Source of the DNA: an uncultured delta proteobacterium
Lineage (GTDB): Bacteria > Desulfobacterota > RBG-13-43-22
Direction: 5' to 3'
Length of the DNA: 64,000 nucleotides
NCBI GenBank assembly: GCA_963802945.1
Contig: CAWDKY010000025.1
Span: 32,001-96,000, forward strand
The translations under genes and the position numbers were made by a program. The notes beneath the pieces are model-generated. The model searched no databases. It was not told the DNA's origin and saw only the letters and a program-made list of their open reading frames with translations. This document shows positions 20,287-29,858 of the stretch, one piece after another; position 1 is the stretch's first letter; each line of letters opens with the position of its first letter.

Positions 20287-21816
20287 TCAAATATTAAGTT
20301 TGCGCAATTCTTTGCGTAGAATTTTTCCCATGGGGTTTCGGGGCAGGTTTTCTGTAAATTCAATATATTTCGGCCATTTGTTTTTGGCCAGTTTTTCCCG
20401 GCAATACTTTAAAATCTCCTCCTGCGTTGCGGTCAGGCCTGGCTTTAAAACGATATATAATTTTATCTCTTCCCCCATAATCTCATCAGGCACGCCAATG
20501 GCCACTACGTCCTGAACTGCCGGATGCTGGTAGAGGATTTCTTCCAGATCTCGCGGATAAATATTAAACCCGCCTCGGATAATCAAATCTTTCTTACGTT
20601 CAACAATATAAAGATAACCGTCTTCATCCATCTTGGCCATGTCACCGGTGTGAAGCCAGCCATGGCAAAATGTTTTAGCTGTCTCTTCAGGCATTTTGTA
20701 ATAGCCCACTGAAATATTGGGGCCGGACACCAGTAATTCGCCGACTTCTCCCACAGGGACATCCTGGTCTTCATCATCCACAATACGGACCTGTACTTCA
20801 GGAATAGGCTGGCCGATGGAGCCGGGCTTTGTCGGTCGGTGATGATAATTGGTGCTGACCGCAGGAGAAGCTTCGGATAGTCCATAGGCCTCATAAACCG
20901 TGCAGTTAAATTTTTTTTGAAAGGCCAGAAGATTGGCTACCGGAAACGGCGCCGAACCGGAAAGACAGCCCTGCAATGAAGACAGATCGTATTTATCGGC
21001 CTCAGGACTGTTGAGCATAGTCATGAACATAGCCGGTGAGCCCGGAAAATCGGTCACTTTGTATTTTTCGATCAATTGGAAAACCTTTTCCACCTCGAAT
21101 TTGGGCATCAAGACATGAAGGTTGCCATACTTATAAGCCTTATTCATAGTTGTCAAACCGAAAGAATGGGAAAGAGGCAGAGCAACCAGAGTTATGTCCG
21201 AAGATTGTGTGTCATGGGCGCGGGCGGCATTGACGGCGTTGGAATAAAGATTCTTATGCGTAAGCATGACGCCTTTGGGCGTTGAGGTAGTGCCGGCGGT
21301 GTAAAGGATCACCGCCAGATCATCCTCGGCAATGGCTGGGACAACCTGTTTTTCAGGATGGTCATTGATCAGTTGAGAAAAAGAAATGGCCTTCCCGCTT
21401 TTTGCTGGGCTTGCAGTCGGGTCATGGCCGTCCCTGATGATTATATGCTGCAGCGTCTCGATGGTTCGCAGTATGGCTTCATTTTTCTGAGCAATATCGC
21501 TGATGGTGATCATGGCGACTGCGCCGCAGTTATTAAAAATGTGGGTTAATTCCTGCGGGGTCGTCAAAGGGATGAGGGGAACTATAACAGCACCGCAGCG
21601 GAGGATACCCTGATAACTGATAATGACCTGGGGGCAGTTGGGGAGCATGACCAGTACATGATCGCCTTTTTTCACGCCGAGTTTTGTCAAAGAACCGGCC
21701 AGATTTTGGGCCTCGCGGATAATTTGCTGGTTGGTGAAGATCTGATCATCAAAAATCAGAAACGGATATTCATTGAAACTCTTCAGATTCTCATCAGCAA
21801 GTGCGACAAGGTTCAT
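20287..21816 (-). CDS. Long-chain fatty acid--CoA ligase
   Basis: YTAGTTSTPKG, YGLSE, HTGD, PRNPMGK. Confidence 0.92.
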   Translation of the reverse strand: MNLVALADENLKSFNEYPFLIFDDQIFTNQQIIREAQNLAGSLTKLGVKKGDHVLVMLPNCPQVIISYQGILRCGAVIVPLIPLTTPQELTHIFNNCGAVAMITISDIAQKNEAILRTIETLQHIIIRDGHDPTASPAKSGKAISFSQLINDHPEKQVVPAIAEDDLAVILYTAGTTSTPKGVMLTHKNLYSNAVNAARAHDTQSSDITLVALPLSHSFGLTTMNKAYKYGNLHVLMPKFEVEKVFQLIEKYKVTDFPGSPAMFMTMLNSPEADKYDLSSLQGCLSGSAPFPVANLLAFQKKFNCTVYEAYGLSEASPAVSTNYHHRPTKPGSIGQPIPEVQVRIVDDEDQDVPVGEVGELLVSGPNISVGYYKMPEETAKTFCHGWLHTGDMAKMDEDGYLYIVERKKDLIIRGGFNIYPRDLEEILYQHPAVQDVVAIGVPDEIMGEEIKLYIVLKPGLTATQEEILKYCREKLAKNKWPKYIEFTENLPRNPMGKILRKELRKLNI

Positions 21817-21856
21817 CGGCCGTCCTCCCTTGGTGAAATATTTGGGATGGATAAAA

Positions 21857-21885
21857 AATATAAAAAAGTTTCAGGGAAGAGTCAA
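21857..21885 (-). promoter_or_regulatory. sigma70-type promoter for the acyl-CoA ligase (outside the IS remnant)
   Basis: TTGACT-17 bp-TATATT. Confidence 0.55.
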
Positions 21886-21898
21886 TACCTTTCTGAGT

Positions 21899-22097
21899 TT
21901 AATAAGACTATTCGTTCTAAAGAGGCTACTACAAAACAGGAAAACATGGGATCAAGGGGGAACATAAGGCCAAAAGTGAGGGGGTAAAGGGGGCTTGTTA
22001 AGAAAATGGGGCTTAACCAATGTAGATTTTACCAGGTAGAAAGGAAGCTGGGAATCGGAGTAGACCATCTGCATTTCGTGGGATTTGGGTTTGGTGG
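21899..22097 (-). mobile_element. Decayed, internally deleted IS91-like remnant (end + transposase C-terminal fragment)
   Basis: 21899-22035 aligns with 8107-8235; 22036-22097 aligns with 8377-8438 (PPKPKSHEMQMVYSDSQLPFY vs PPKPNSLELQIDYSDSQLPFY). Confidence 0.8.
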
Positions 22098-22196
22098 AAA
22101 AAGTATTTTATGAACCTAGTGGACAACGTCACCTTCTAACCCACCGGCAGCTGGCCACATCGGGACGCAGCAATACAGTCATAGCCGTCGCTTGCC

Positions 22197-23870
22197 TCAG
22201 GCCCGCGTCGGTTCTGACGGCACTGTAGATTTCATGGCATTTTTCTGGGACCATCTGAGAAAAGCAAGCCGAATGATGGCCGGAAGCATGGCCAACAAGT
22301 ATAATATACGGTAAGACGGAGCGTTCTCAAAACCTGTGACCGGTGGTGGGAGGGGCAGCGATTCGCGAGCGGCCAGCTTTTCTTCTCGGAGCACCTCTCT
22401 GTCGTCATAAAGGCCGGCCTCGATTTTTTTCAGATGGCGGATATAATCCTTCCGGGCATATCGGGAAAGATTGCGGTTGATCCGTTTCATGGAATACCCA
22501 AAGCCGATCCCGAAGAAAGATCGGAACAGGTCTTTGGAAAAGATATTTTTCAGAATGTTCCAGTGGGAAAAGACCTCGTTGTTGATCTCAAAAATCAATT
22601 TCTGCAGTGTGCTCGGCTTCATACGCTTCGGGAAATAAGTAACAAAGCTCCCCGTCATATAGTCGTAGTAATCAAGATTGCCTGGTGCCGTTTTATCGTA
22701 GTATGTTTTGAACCGCCTATTTAAAGGGGTCAGAAGTTCTTTCGATTCATCGGTTTCCAGGTCATGCAGAATAAACAGGTTTAAAAAAAGCCTGTTCTGT
22801 TTGACGAATCGTATTATCTCCCGAGCACTTTCCGGCGTATCTTCATCATGACCGATGACGAATGTGGAAAGCGCGTTCATGCCGTGCGCCTGGATATTAT
22901 GGATGCTTTTCAGGACGGCATCGTGGGTCTGCTTTTTATTGAAGGCCTCGAGGCTTTTATCGCTCAAGGACTCGACGCCGACAATGATCACTTTTACCCC
23001 CGCCTGCCGGAGAAGCTCGAGCATCTCCGGGTCTCTGCCGATCTCATGACGTTCAAAGATGATAAATCCGGCGGCGATGTTTTCCTCAATGATTCTTTGC
23101 AGAAGTTCCCGGGTCTGTTGACGGTCGCTGCAGAAGTCGTTGTCCACAATAAAACATCGATCCTGAGGTTTGAACCTTTTCTTGATGTTGGCCACGACAC
23201 TCTCGACATTTCTCCGCCGGTAGACGCCCTGAAAGAGCCTGTTCGTGGGGCAGAATTTGCAGCGAAACCGGCAGCCCCGCGTGGTCTGAAGGGTGTGGAT
23301 ATTGACCCGGAGCCTTTTGAACAATGGCTTGACGCGGTCAAAACCCTCGATGAGCGTTGTGTCCGGCATGGTTGACGGTATTTCCGGAGGACTTCCTTCC
23401 GGGTTATGGATGGCCTGTCCGTCTTTCAGATAAGAAATTCCCGGAAGGCCGTGCGTATCGAGACCCTCATTGAGGCATTCAATAATGCGCGGCAGGACCT
23501 CATCGCCTTCACATCGAACGGCATACGAACAGCAATCGAGGACCGTCTCTGGAAAGAAACAGACTTGCGGTCCTCCCAGGATGATCGTCAGGTTCGGCTT
23601 CTCTTGTAAAACTCTCTGGCAGAAAGCCCTCACTTTGTTCAGCGCCGGAACAAACACGGAAAGACACAGGACGTCGGCATCCGTTATCACATCAAAGTCT
23701 AAATCACTCACACCCTCGAGAAAATATCGGACCTCATAACCCTTGTCCCGCATGAGAGAGGCCAATAGCAAGCTGCCGTACTTGGGAAAGACCGCCATGA
23801 GTGTACCGAGCGTGTTGGTCTTAGCATTAAACTCCACAAAATTGATCCTGCGAAGGCGAGACCCTGTCAT
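22197..23870 (-). CDS. B12-binding domain radical SAM protein
   Basis: QTTRGCRFRCKFC and an N-terminal cobalamin-binding-like region; the ATG at 23870 follows GGAGG. Confidence 0.88.
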   Translation of the reverse strand: MTGSRLRRINFVEFNAKTNTLGTLMAVFPKYGSLLLASLMRDKGYEVRYFLEGVSDLDFDVITDADVLCLSVFVPALNKVRAFCQRVLQEKPNLTIILGGPQVCFFPETVLDCCSYAVRCEGDEVLPRIIECLNEGLDTHGLPGISYLKDGQAIHNPEGSPPEIPSTMPDTTLIEGFDRVKPLFKRLRVNIHTLQTTRGCRFRCKFCPTNRLFQGVYRRRNVESVVANIKKRFKPQDRCFIVDNDFCSDRQQTRELLQRIIEENIAAGFIIFERHEIGRDPEMLELLRQAGVKVIIVGVESLSDKSLEAFNKKQTHDAVLKSIHNIQAHGMNALSTFVIGHDEDTPESAREIIRFVKQNRLFLNLFILHDLETDESKELLTPLNRRFKTYYDKTAPGNLDYYDYMTGSFVTYFPKRMKPSTLQKLIFEINNEVFSHWNILKNIFSKDLFRSFFGIGFGYSMKRINRNLSRYARKDYIRHLKKIEAGLYDDREVLREEKLAARESLPLPPPVTGFENAPSYRILYLLAMLPAIIRLAFLRWSQKNAMKSTVPSEPTRA

Positions 23871-24063
23871 CAGTATTACCTCCAAATTATCCCCGAATCG
23901 GATAATTTTACTTCTTTACCAGCCATTTTTTGTAGCAGGCCCCCCGCGATCTGCAAAGGGCCGCCCTATTCACGGAGAGGCTCGAGTAACCTTGTTTGAG
24001 TGCCGCCAGATTTTTCTTTTTTCAGTCTCTTTAATAAGCCCATCGTGGAAATCAGAATGGGCA

Positions 24064-24360
24064 TTGATAGGACTTGCTTTTTATAGGGAGAGTATAAAAC
24101 AACAAAAAAATAAGATCAAAGAAAAAAGAGGGCCAAAGGTGAGGAGACAAAGGGTCTTCTGAAGAAAAAGTAACTTTGCCGGGTTGTATTTTACAGATAG
24201 CAGGCGATAGGGAGAAAAAAGAGGTAATGAGGGGGTCTTCATTTTCTTTTTGACGAAGCCTTCGGGAAGCGTTACTATAAAACCATAATAGCGAACTATT
24301 TGCTCGCGCTGGTCGGGCATAGGAGAGTACATAGCCGCTGGCCTATCTAAGCCATCAAAT
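24064..24360 (-). mobile_element. Internally deleted IS91-like remnant (end + transposase fragment)
   Basis: 24064-24227 aligns with 8107-8275; 24228-24360 aligns with about 8638-8770 (PDQREQIVRYYGF). Confidence 0.9.
24091..24119 (-). promoter_or_regulatory. IS-borne outward sigma70 promoter pointing at the radical SAM gene
   Basis: TTGATC-17 bp-TATACT. Confidence 0.65.
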
Positions 24361-25099
24361 GAACATCCCCATTATTGATACCCACGTCCATTTGGATGAA
24401 ATTGCCGATCCGGAAGAGGCCATCCTGGAAGCCAAAAAGGCCGGCTTGTCGGGAATAGTGGCCGTGGGTATGGACATCACCTCCAATGAAAAAATCCTGA
24501 CCTTTTCTAGACAATATCCGAATGTGGTTTTTCCAGCCCTGGGATACCATCCCTGGAAAGTCAGCATCTCCGGAATCAGAGACAATCTGGATTTCCTCCG
24601 CCTTCATCTGGATCAGGCTGTTGCCTTGGGCGAAGTGGGATTGGATTACAAAAGTTCGACACCCAAAGAAATACAGGAAGGGGTCTTTAAGGATCTTTTA
24701 GAATTAGCCTGGGAAAAGAAAAAGCCAGTTATTGTACATTCCCGGCTGTCCCATGAAAAGACCTTTACCTTGGTTCGAAAACATGATCTGAAAAAAGTAG
24801 TCTTCCACTGGTACAGCGGTCCAAAGGAGATCTTAAAAGAATTGTTATTGCTGGGTTATTATATTTCAGCGACCCCGGCCCTGGTTTACAGTCCCAAACA
24901 CCGGGAGGCCGTAACCGCTGCCCCGCTGAAACAGATTTTAATCGAAACCGATGCCCCAACCATTTATCAAGGTGTGGTTTCTTCACCGGCTCAGGTGTTA
25001 AAGACACTGACGGAACTGTCTAGAATGAAAGGGATGGAAATTGAAGAAGTGGCCCTAAAAACCACCCAGAACGCCCGGGATTTTTTTGGCATTACTTAA
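24359..25099 (+). CDS. tatD: TatD family hydrolase
   Basis: IDTHVHLD, GYHP, GEVGLDY, VHSR, FHWY, ETDAP. Confidence 0.93.
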   Translation: MNIPIIDTHVHLDEIADPEEAILEAKKAGLSGIVAVGMDITSNEKILTFSRQYPNVVFPALGYHPWKVSISGIRDNLDFLRLHLDQAVALGEVGLDYKSSTPKEIQEGVFKDLLELAWEKKKPVIVHSRLSHEKTFTLVRKHDLKKVVFHWYSGPKEILKELLLLGYYISATPALVYSPKHREAVTAAPLKQILIETDAPTIYQGVVSSPAQVLKTLTELSRMKGMEIEEVALKTTQNARDFFGIT

Positions 25100-25118
25100 T
25101 CTTTCTTAAATCTTAAAT

Positions 25119-26015
25119 ATGTCCGACCCCTATCCGACCAAACCCTATCTTGATTTCAAGGCCGTTTTAATTCTTCTTATTCTCTGCCTATTATGGGGTG
25201 GGAATATGGCCGCCATCAAATTCAGCAACCGGGGAATGGAGCCGATCTTTACCGCTGGTCTTCGCTCCCTGATTGCCTCTGGATTGATGCTTCCTTGGAT
25301 GGTTTATCGAAAAGAATCCCTCTTTCCCCGGTCTTTTAAATGGATTCACGCCCTGGTCGTCGGTTTTCTTTTTGGCCTTGAATTCTGCTTTATCTATCTC
25401 TCCTTACTTTTCACCATGGCCGGCCGCGGTTATATCTTTTTATATACGGCTCCCTTTTGGGTGGCCTTGGGGGCGCATTTTCTACTCACCGGGGACCGGC
25501 TCACCTGGCGTCGCCTGGGCGGTTTGGCTCTGGCCTTCCTGGGTTTGATTTTAATTTTTTCCGAAGGGCTTTTTCATTTCTCGTCCCAAGTACTTTTCGG
25601 AGATTTTTTGATGATCCTGGCGGCCTTGGCCTGGGCAGCGACTACCGTTTATGTCAAAAGATTTTTCACCCAAGATTGTACTCCTTTCCAAACCCTTCTT
25701 TATCAACTGCTGTTTTCGTTTCCCATTTTATTCCTGTTGAGTTTTATCCTGGAAAACGATCCGATTCGTTATATTGATCTCACAATTTTTCTGTCCCTTT
25801 TTTATCAGACCATCATTGTGGCCTTCTTAAGTTACTGGGCCTGGTTTTATTTGATCCATATTTATCCGGTAACCAGTCTATCGGCCTTTTCTTTTTTTAC
25901 TCCCATTTTTGGGGTGTTTCTGAGCAGTATCATATTGAATGAGCCCTTAAGCCTCTGGTTGTTGATTGCCCTGGCCTTGGTTTCCATAGGCATTTATTGG
26001 GTCAATAAACGGTGA
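25119..26015 (+). CDS. DMT/EamA family transporter
   Basis: About 10 TM helices, LWGGN and YTAPFWV motifs. Confidence 0.9.
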   Translation: MSDPYPTKPYLDFKAVLILLILCLLWGGNMAAIKFSNRGMEPIFTAGLRSLIASGLMLPWMVYRKESLFPRSFKWIHALVVGFLFGLEFCFIYLSLLFTMAGRGYIFLYTAPFWVALGAHFLLTGDRLTWRRLGGLALAFLGLILIFSEGLFHFSSQVLFGDFLMILAALAWAATTVYVKRFFTQDCTPFQTLLYQLLFSFPILFLLSFILENDPIRYIDLTIFLSLFYQTIIVAFLSYWAWFYLIHIYPVTSLSAFSFFTPIFGVFLSSIILNEPLSLWLLIALALVSIGIYWVNKR

Positions 26016-26068
26016 CGGCTTTGTAAAAAGTCATAAAATATTTTAAGAAAATCTTTTAATAATGGAGG

Positions 26069-26530
26069 ATGTCTTTATTGATGGAAACCGACACGATCAT
26101 TTTAACCTGCCCCCAATGCGGGGTAAAAAATCGTATTCCAAAAAATCGTTTAACTCTTAAACCTGTTTGCGGAAAATGCCGAGCCTCCCTTCCTTCTAAA
26201 TCCTTTTTGGATCACCCAATCGAGGTGACCGATCAAACTTTTAATCAGGAAGTCCTGTCTTTTCCTGGATCGGTGGTTTTGGATTGCTGGGCCCCGTGGT
26301 GCGGTCCCTGCCGGATGGTGGCACCTGTTTTAGATCAATTGGCAAAGGAGTATGCAGGCCGGATCAAATTCACCAAATTAAATACCGATGAAAATCAACA
26401 GACCGCCGGGCAATTTTCCATCCAGAGTATTCCCACCTTGCTTTTTTTCAAAGGAGGGAAGCTGGTCAATCGCCAGGTCGGAGCTCTACCTAAAGGGGAG
26501 ATTGAAAGACAGTTACAATCCATTATATAG
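26069..26530 (+). CDS. trxC: Thioredoxin 2 with Zn-finger
   Basis: CPQC..NR..CGKC and WCGPC. Confidence 0.92.
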   Translation: MSLLMETDTIILTCPQCGVKNRIPKNRLTLKPVCGKCRASLPSKSFLDHPIEVTDQTFNQEVLSFPGSVVLDCWAPWCGPCRMVAPVLDQLAKEYAGRIKFTKLNTDENQQTAGQFSIQSIPTLLFFKGGKLVNRQVGALPKGEIERQLQSII

Positions 26531-26655
26531 ATGCACAAATTAATGGTGACTTCATGATCTCCCGGGCAAAGCCAGTTCCTAAACCTAACTAAAAAATCAT
26601 TCTAAGATCTCGGTTGCATTTTTCTTGACTGTTATTCAAAAAAGTGTTTTTATTT

Positions 26656-26686
26656 TGACCCAGAGTCATAATCTGAATCTTAGTCA
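26656..26686. promoter_or_regulatory. Putative TetR operator pair
   Basis: TGACccagaGTCA (26656) and TGAAtcttaGTCA (26674) just upstream of the TetR start. Confidence 0.55.
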
Positions 26687-26698
26687 TTAATTTTCCCT

Positions 26699-27340
26699 AT
26701 GGCCACCCTTAAACGACTTGCCGAAGAAAAAAAGGAATTAACCCAAAAAGCCATTCAAAAAGCGGCCAAAAAGGTTTTTTTCGAAAAGGGGTATGTCAAC
26801 GCCACGATCGCCGAAATCGCCAAGTTGGCCGGTGTCGCCAAAGGGTCTATTTATTTATATTTTCAGACCAAAGATGATTTATACCTTTCTTTAATGGTCC
26901 CTATCTTGGAAGAGATCAAAAATTCGCTGAGCAGCCTAAAAGACAAGATTACCCAGGGGCAATACCGAACCGGGAGTGAAATCATGACCGGTTTTTACAA
27001 CCACTATAAGAGAATTTATAGCTTCGACCCTGACGGCATCCGCATTATCCAAGCCTTCCAATTAGGGGATTTGATTTCCGCCATGTCTGAAAAAAACAGG
27101 GAAGAATTGAATCTCTTGGCCAGGGAGAATTTCAGGCTCTCCAGAGGTATCTTTTCCCTGGCCATGAAACGCAAATCGATTTCCAAAATGAATCCGGCTC
27201 AATTAGTCGATATTTCCTGGTCAACTTTCATCGGGATCGTTCAACTCGAAGAGAGCAAATTACGGCTGACGAAAAAAGATCATTTAGAAGCTACACTAAG
27301 GGCGACCTTTACGATTTTAGCAAAAGGGTTATCCCTATAA
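26699..27340 (+). CDS. TetR/AcrR family regulator
   Basis: ATIAEIAKLAGVAKGSIYLYF HTH. Confidence 0.93.
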   Translation: MATLKRLAEEKKELTQKAIQKAAKKVFFEKGYVNATIAEIAKLAGVAKGSIYLYFQTKDDLYLSLMVPILEEIKNSLSSLKDKITQGQYRTGSEIMTGFYNHYKRIYSFDPDGIRIIQAFQLGDLISAMSEKNREELNLLARENFRLSRGIFSLAMKRKSISKMNPAQLVDISWSTFIGIVQLEESKLRLTKKDHLEATLRATFTILAKGLSL

Positions 27341-27396
27341 AACTACAGGGAAGGCATCATTTCGGTCGGTAAGGGCATTCCAATTTTTCGGCTTTC

Positions 27397-27603
27397 GAGA
27401 CTGTGTCGCAATTACTTTGTTGTCATTCCGTGCAAGCGAAGCACGACGAGGAGCCTGCCCCGGACTCGATCCGGGGGAATCCAGAGGATATGGGTCTGGT
27501 TCCCGGCTTTCGCCGGGACGACGTCTGGCTGCCGGCTTTCGCCGGCATGACAGCCTTAATGGCGTTGTCAGTTATTACAACACAACCTCTTCATCGGAAT
27601 GAC
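27397..27603. repeat. Nested palindromic REP/MITE-like element
   Basis: GTCATTCCG...CGGAATGAC ends, two CCGGCTTTCGCCGG hairpins, imperfect IR gagactgtgtcgcaa/ttacaacacaacctc. Confidence 0.75.
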
Positions 27604-27660
27604 AAAATTTGGGTTCTGTGAGTTTTAAATAATCGTTAATAATAAGGAGGAAACAAAAGC

Positions 27661-28425
27661 ATGTCTTTTTTAGAAAAGAACGGTGTAAAGATTTTTTATG
27701 AAGTCAACGGGGCGGCCAGCGATAAGACCCCGGTTTTATTAACCCACGGTTACTCAGCGACGTCGGAGATGTGGCAGCCAAATCTGGAGGCCCTCAGCGC
27801 CCGGCGGCAGGTTATCACTTGGGATATTCGGGGACACGGACGCAGTGATTCACCGGAGGACCAATCAATGTATTCAGAGGAGTTAAGCGTGGCCGATATG
27901 GACGCCATACTCGATGCCGTTGGCATCAATAGGGCGGTGGTGGGTGGCCTGTCCCTGGGAGGCTACCTGTCCCTGGCCTTTCATCTTCGCCATCCGAAAC
28001 GGGTCGCAGCTTTGATGCTGTTTGACACTGGCCCTGGTTTCAAACGGGACGAACCGCGGGAAGCCTGGAACCGCACGGCTGAGGCGACTGCTGTGGGTTA
28101 CGAGACCCGTGGACTCGATGCCCTGCCCAACCGCCCTGAAGTGGGCCGGTCCACGCATTACAGCGCCGCCGGTTTGGCGAAAGCGGCCAGAGGGATACTC
28201 GCTCAGCATGATGCCAGCGTCATTGAGTCGCTTTCGACCATTGCCGTTCCGACACTGGTGGTGGTCGGGGCGCTCGATAACCCTTTCCTGGCTGCGACGG
28301 ACTATATGGCCACTAAAATACCTGATGCAATTAAGTCCATTATCAACGATGCCGGTCATGCTTCCAACATCGACCAGCCTGAAGAATTCAATCGGGGCGT
28401 CCTTGATTTTCTGGAACGAGTTTAA
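27661..28425 (+). CDS. Alpha/beta fold hydrolase
   Basis: HG oxyanion motif, DIRGHG, GLSLGG nucleophile elbow, AGH. Confidence 0.92.
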   Translation: MSFLEKNGVKIFYEVNGAASDKTPVLLTHGYSATSEMWQPNLEALSARRQVITWDIRGHGRSDSPEDQSMYSEELSVADMDAILDAVGINRAVVGGLSLGGYLSLAFHLRHPKRVAALMLFDTGPGFKRDEPREAWNRTAEATAVGYETRGLDALPNRPEVGRSTHYSAAGLAKAARGILAQHDASVIESLSTIAVPTLVVVGALDNPFLAATDYMATKIPDAIKSIINDAGHASNIDQPEEFNRGVLDFLERV

Positions 28426-28460
28426 GATCCCCAATGGTCAAAAAGAAAATTCTTGTAAGA

Positions 28461-28871
28461 CTATTTTGTGTTTTTCGATGTTGGTCCATGAGGTAGAAAA
28501 AGAACTATCAGGGTAATGGCGGCCACAACAATGGCAATCAGGTAAAGGCCGGCTCCAACCGCCAATCCGATGCCTGCTGTCGCCCAAATCGCTGCGGCAG
28601 TAGTCAGCCCTTCAACCCCTCCATGTCGGTGCAATATGGCCCCTGCTCCCAGAAAACCGATGCCGGTGACAATGCCGGAGGCAATCCTTGAAGGGTCGCC
28701 GCCAACGAAACCCATTTCGGAAATGATGGCAAACAGGGCTGACCCGACGGAAATCAGAGGCAGCGTCCTGACACCAGCCGGTTTATCCTTCCACTCCCTC
28801 TGAAGACCAATGACAAAACCAAGGGCAGCGGCGACCAACAGTCGAAGGATCATTTCCATTTCTTGAGACAT
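28461..28871 (-). CDS. MgtC/SapB family membrane protein
   Basis: IGLQRE..KPAGVRT, DPSRIASGIVTGIGFLGAG, GLTTAA. Confidence 0.93.
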   Translation of the reverse strand: MSQEMEMILRLLVAAALGFVIGLQREWKDKPAGVRTLPLISVGSALFAIISEMGFVGGDPSRIASGIVTGIGFLGAGAILHRHGGVEGLTTAAAIWATAGIGLAVGAGLYLIAIVVAAITLIVLFLPHGPTSKNTK

Positions 28872-28946
28872 GGACCTCCTTTATATTCCTTTATATTCCT
28901 TGAGGATTTTTTAGCTAATTCAACAAGGTCCTCATTGGCTTTGGGG

Positions 28947-29236
28947 TTATCTGGTAAGATTTAATTCGCCTTTAATTTTATCGGAAAGCCAGTGGCGGAT
29001 TAAAGTCTGATAGGGAATGGATTTTGTAACCGCCATTTTTCGTATCATCTGGATCTGAAGGGGGTCCATTTTGATGGTCAAATTTTTAAGCCTTCTCACC
29101 CGTTCCCGGAAAGGATCTCTTTCTGAAGCCTATCATCCAAACTGAAATGAACGGGTTCTTCTAAAAGCTCGTTAAGAATATCCCCTCGCTCATAATACTC
29201 GGGCCAGTCTTTGTTCGTCGCTTTTCTTTTGGACAA
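28947..29236 (-). pseudogene. Frameshifted CopG/BrnA-type antitoxin (not in the ORF track)
   Basis: LSKRK..DWPEYYERGD...ILSG / RVRRLKNLTIKMDP..MAVTKSIPYQTLIRHWL; 1-bp loss near 29104. Confidence 0.7.
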
Positions 29237-29291
29237 TTTATTTTCTCTTATTCTCAGATTGATCTTGTTGCTTTTCTCTTTCTCGGGAGGT

Positions 29292-29555
29292 CTATTGGGT
29301 TTTGGCTTCTTTTTCTTTTTTGACTCGATCGTAAAGCCAGACCTTCATCAAAGCCCCTCGATCAACACCGATGGATTCCCGGATTGCATCGATTTCTTTA
29401 ACTAAGGATTGGCTGATATCCAAGGTGATACGAACTTTTTTGGCCGGCTTATTGATAATCACCTTGGATATATCAATAAGTTGATGAATGTCTTCGCCTT
29501 GGTCAAACCTTTGATCAAACTCTTCATTGGTTTGGGCTAATTTTTTCTTTTTCAT
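29292..29555 (-). CDS. BrnA/CopG-like RHH antitoxin
   Basis: EEFDQRFDQGEDI, VRITLD..IDAIRESIGVDRGALMKVWL; overlaps the toxin. Confidence 0.8.
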   Translation of the reverse strand: MKKKKLAQTNEEFDQRFDQGEDIHQLIDISKVIINKPAKKVRITLDISQSLVKEIDAIRESIGVDRGALMKVWLYDRVKKEKEAKTQ

Positions 29556-29820
29556 ACAATTTTTTCTCCTCTTTTCGAGAACGTCTCACCGAAATAATCC
29601 TAATCGTCTCATTTCTTATTGTATAGATAGCCGTCCATAAATGATTACGGAGATTTCCGATCAGAATGAAACGATTTTCCAGTGGATATGGTGCTTCAAT
29701 TTCTATTCGGTCAGGATCTTCCCAAAGCATCCTGGCCGAATAGAAATCAATCCCGTGCTTTTCCCGGTTAAGTCCCCTCTTGATGGGATCCCAATCAAAA
29801 TTCATGGGAATATTATACAT
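29524..29820 (-). CDS. BrnT family toxin
   Basis: FDWDP.K...N.EKHGIDF, IRIISVRR. Confidence 0.88.
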   Translation of the reverse strand: MYNIPMNFDWDPIKRGLNREKHGIDFYSARMLWEDPDRIEIEAPYPLENRFILIGNLRNHLWTAIYTIRNETIRIISVRRSRKEEKKLYEKEKISPNQ

Positions 29821-29858
29821 ATTTTGTACAAAATTGCAAAAGATAAATTAGGTCTGAC

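Noticed and set aside
22125-22196. Integron attC site or c-di-GMP riboswitch (ttctaac..., gggacgca)
   Set aside because: No matching GTTRRRY arm or full aptamer structure, and no integron integrase in the window.
24081-24332. 83-aa ORF as a functional gene
   Set aside because: It is a frameshifted scrap of the IS91 transposase running into the IS end.
27403-27621. Small ORFs 27403-27621 and 27417-27602
   Set aside because: They are translations of the palindromic repeat element.
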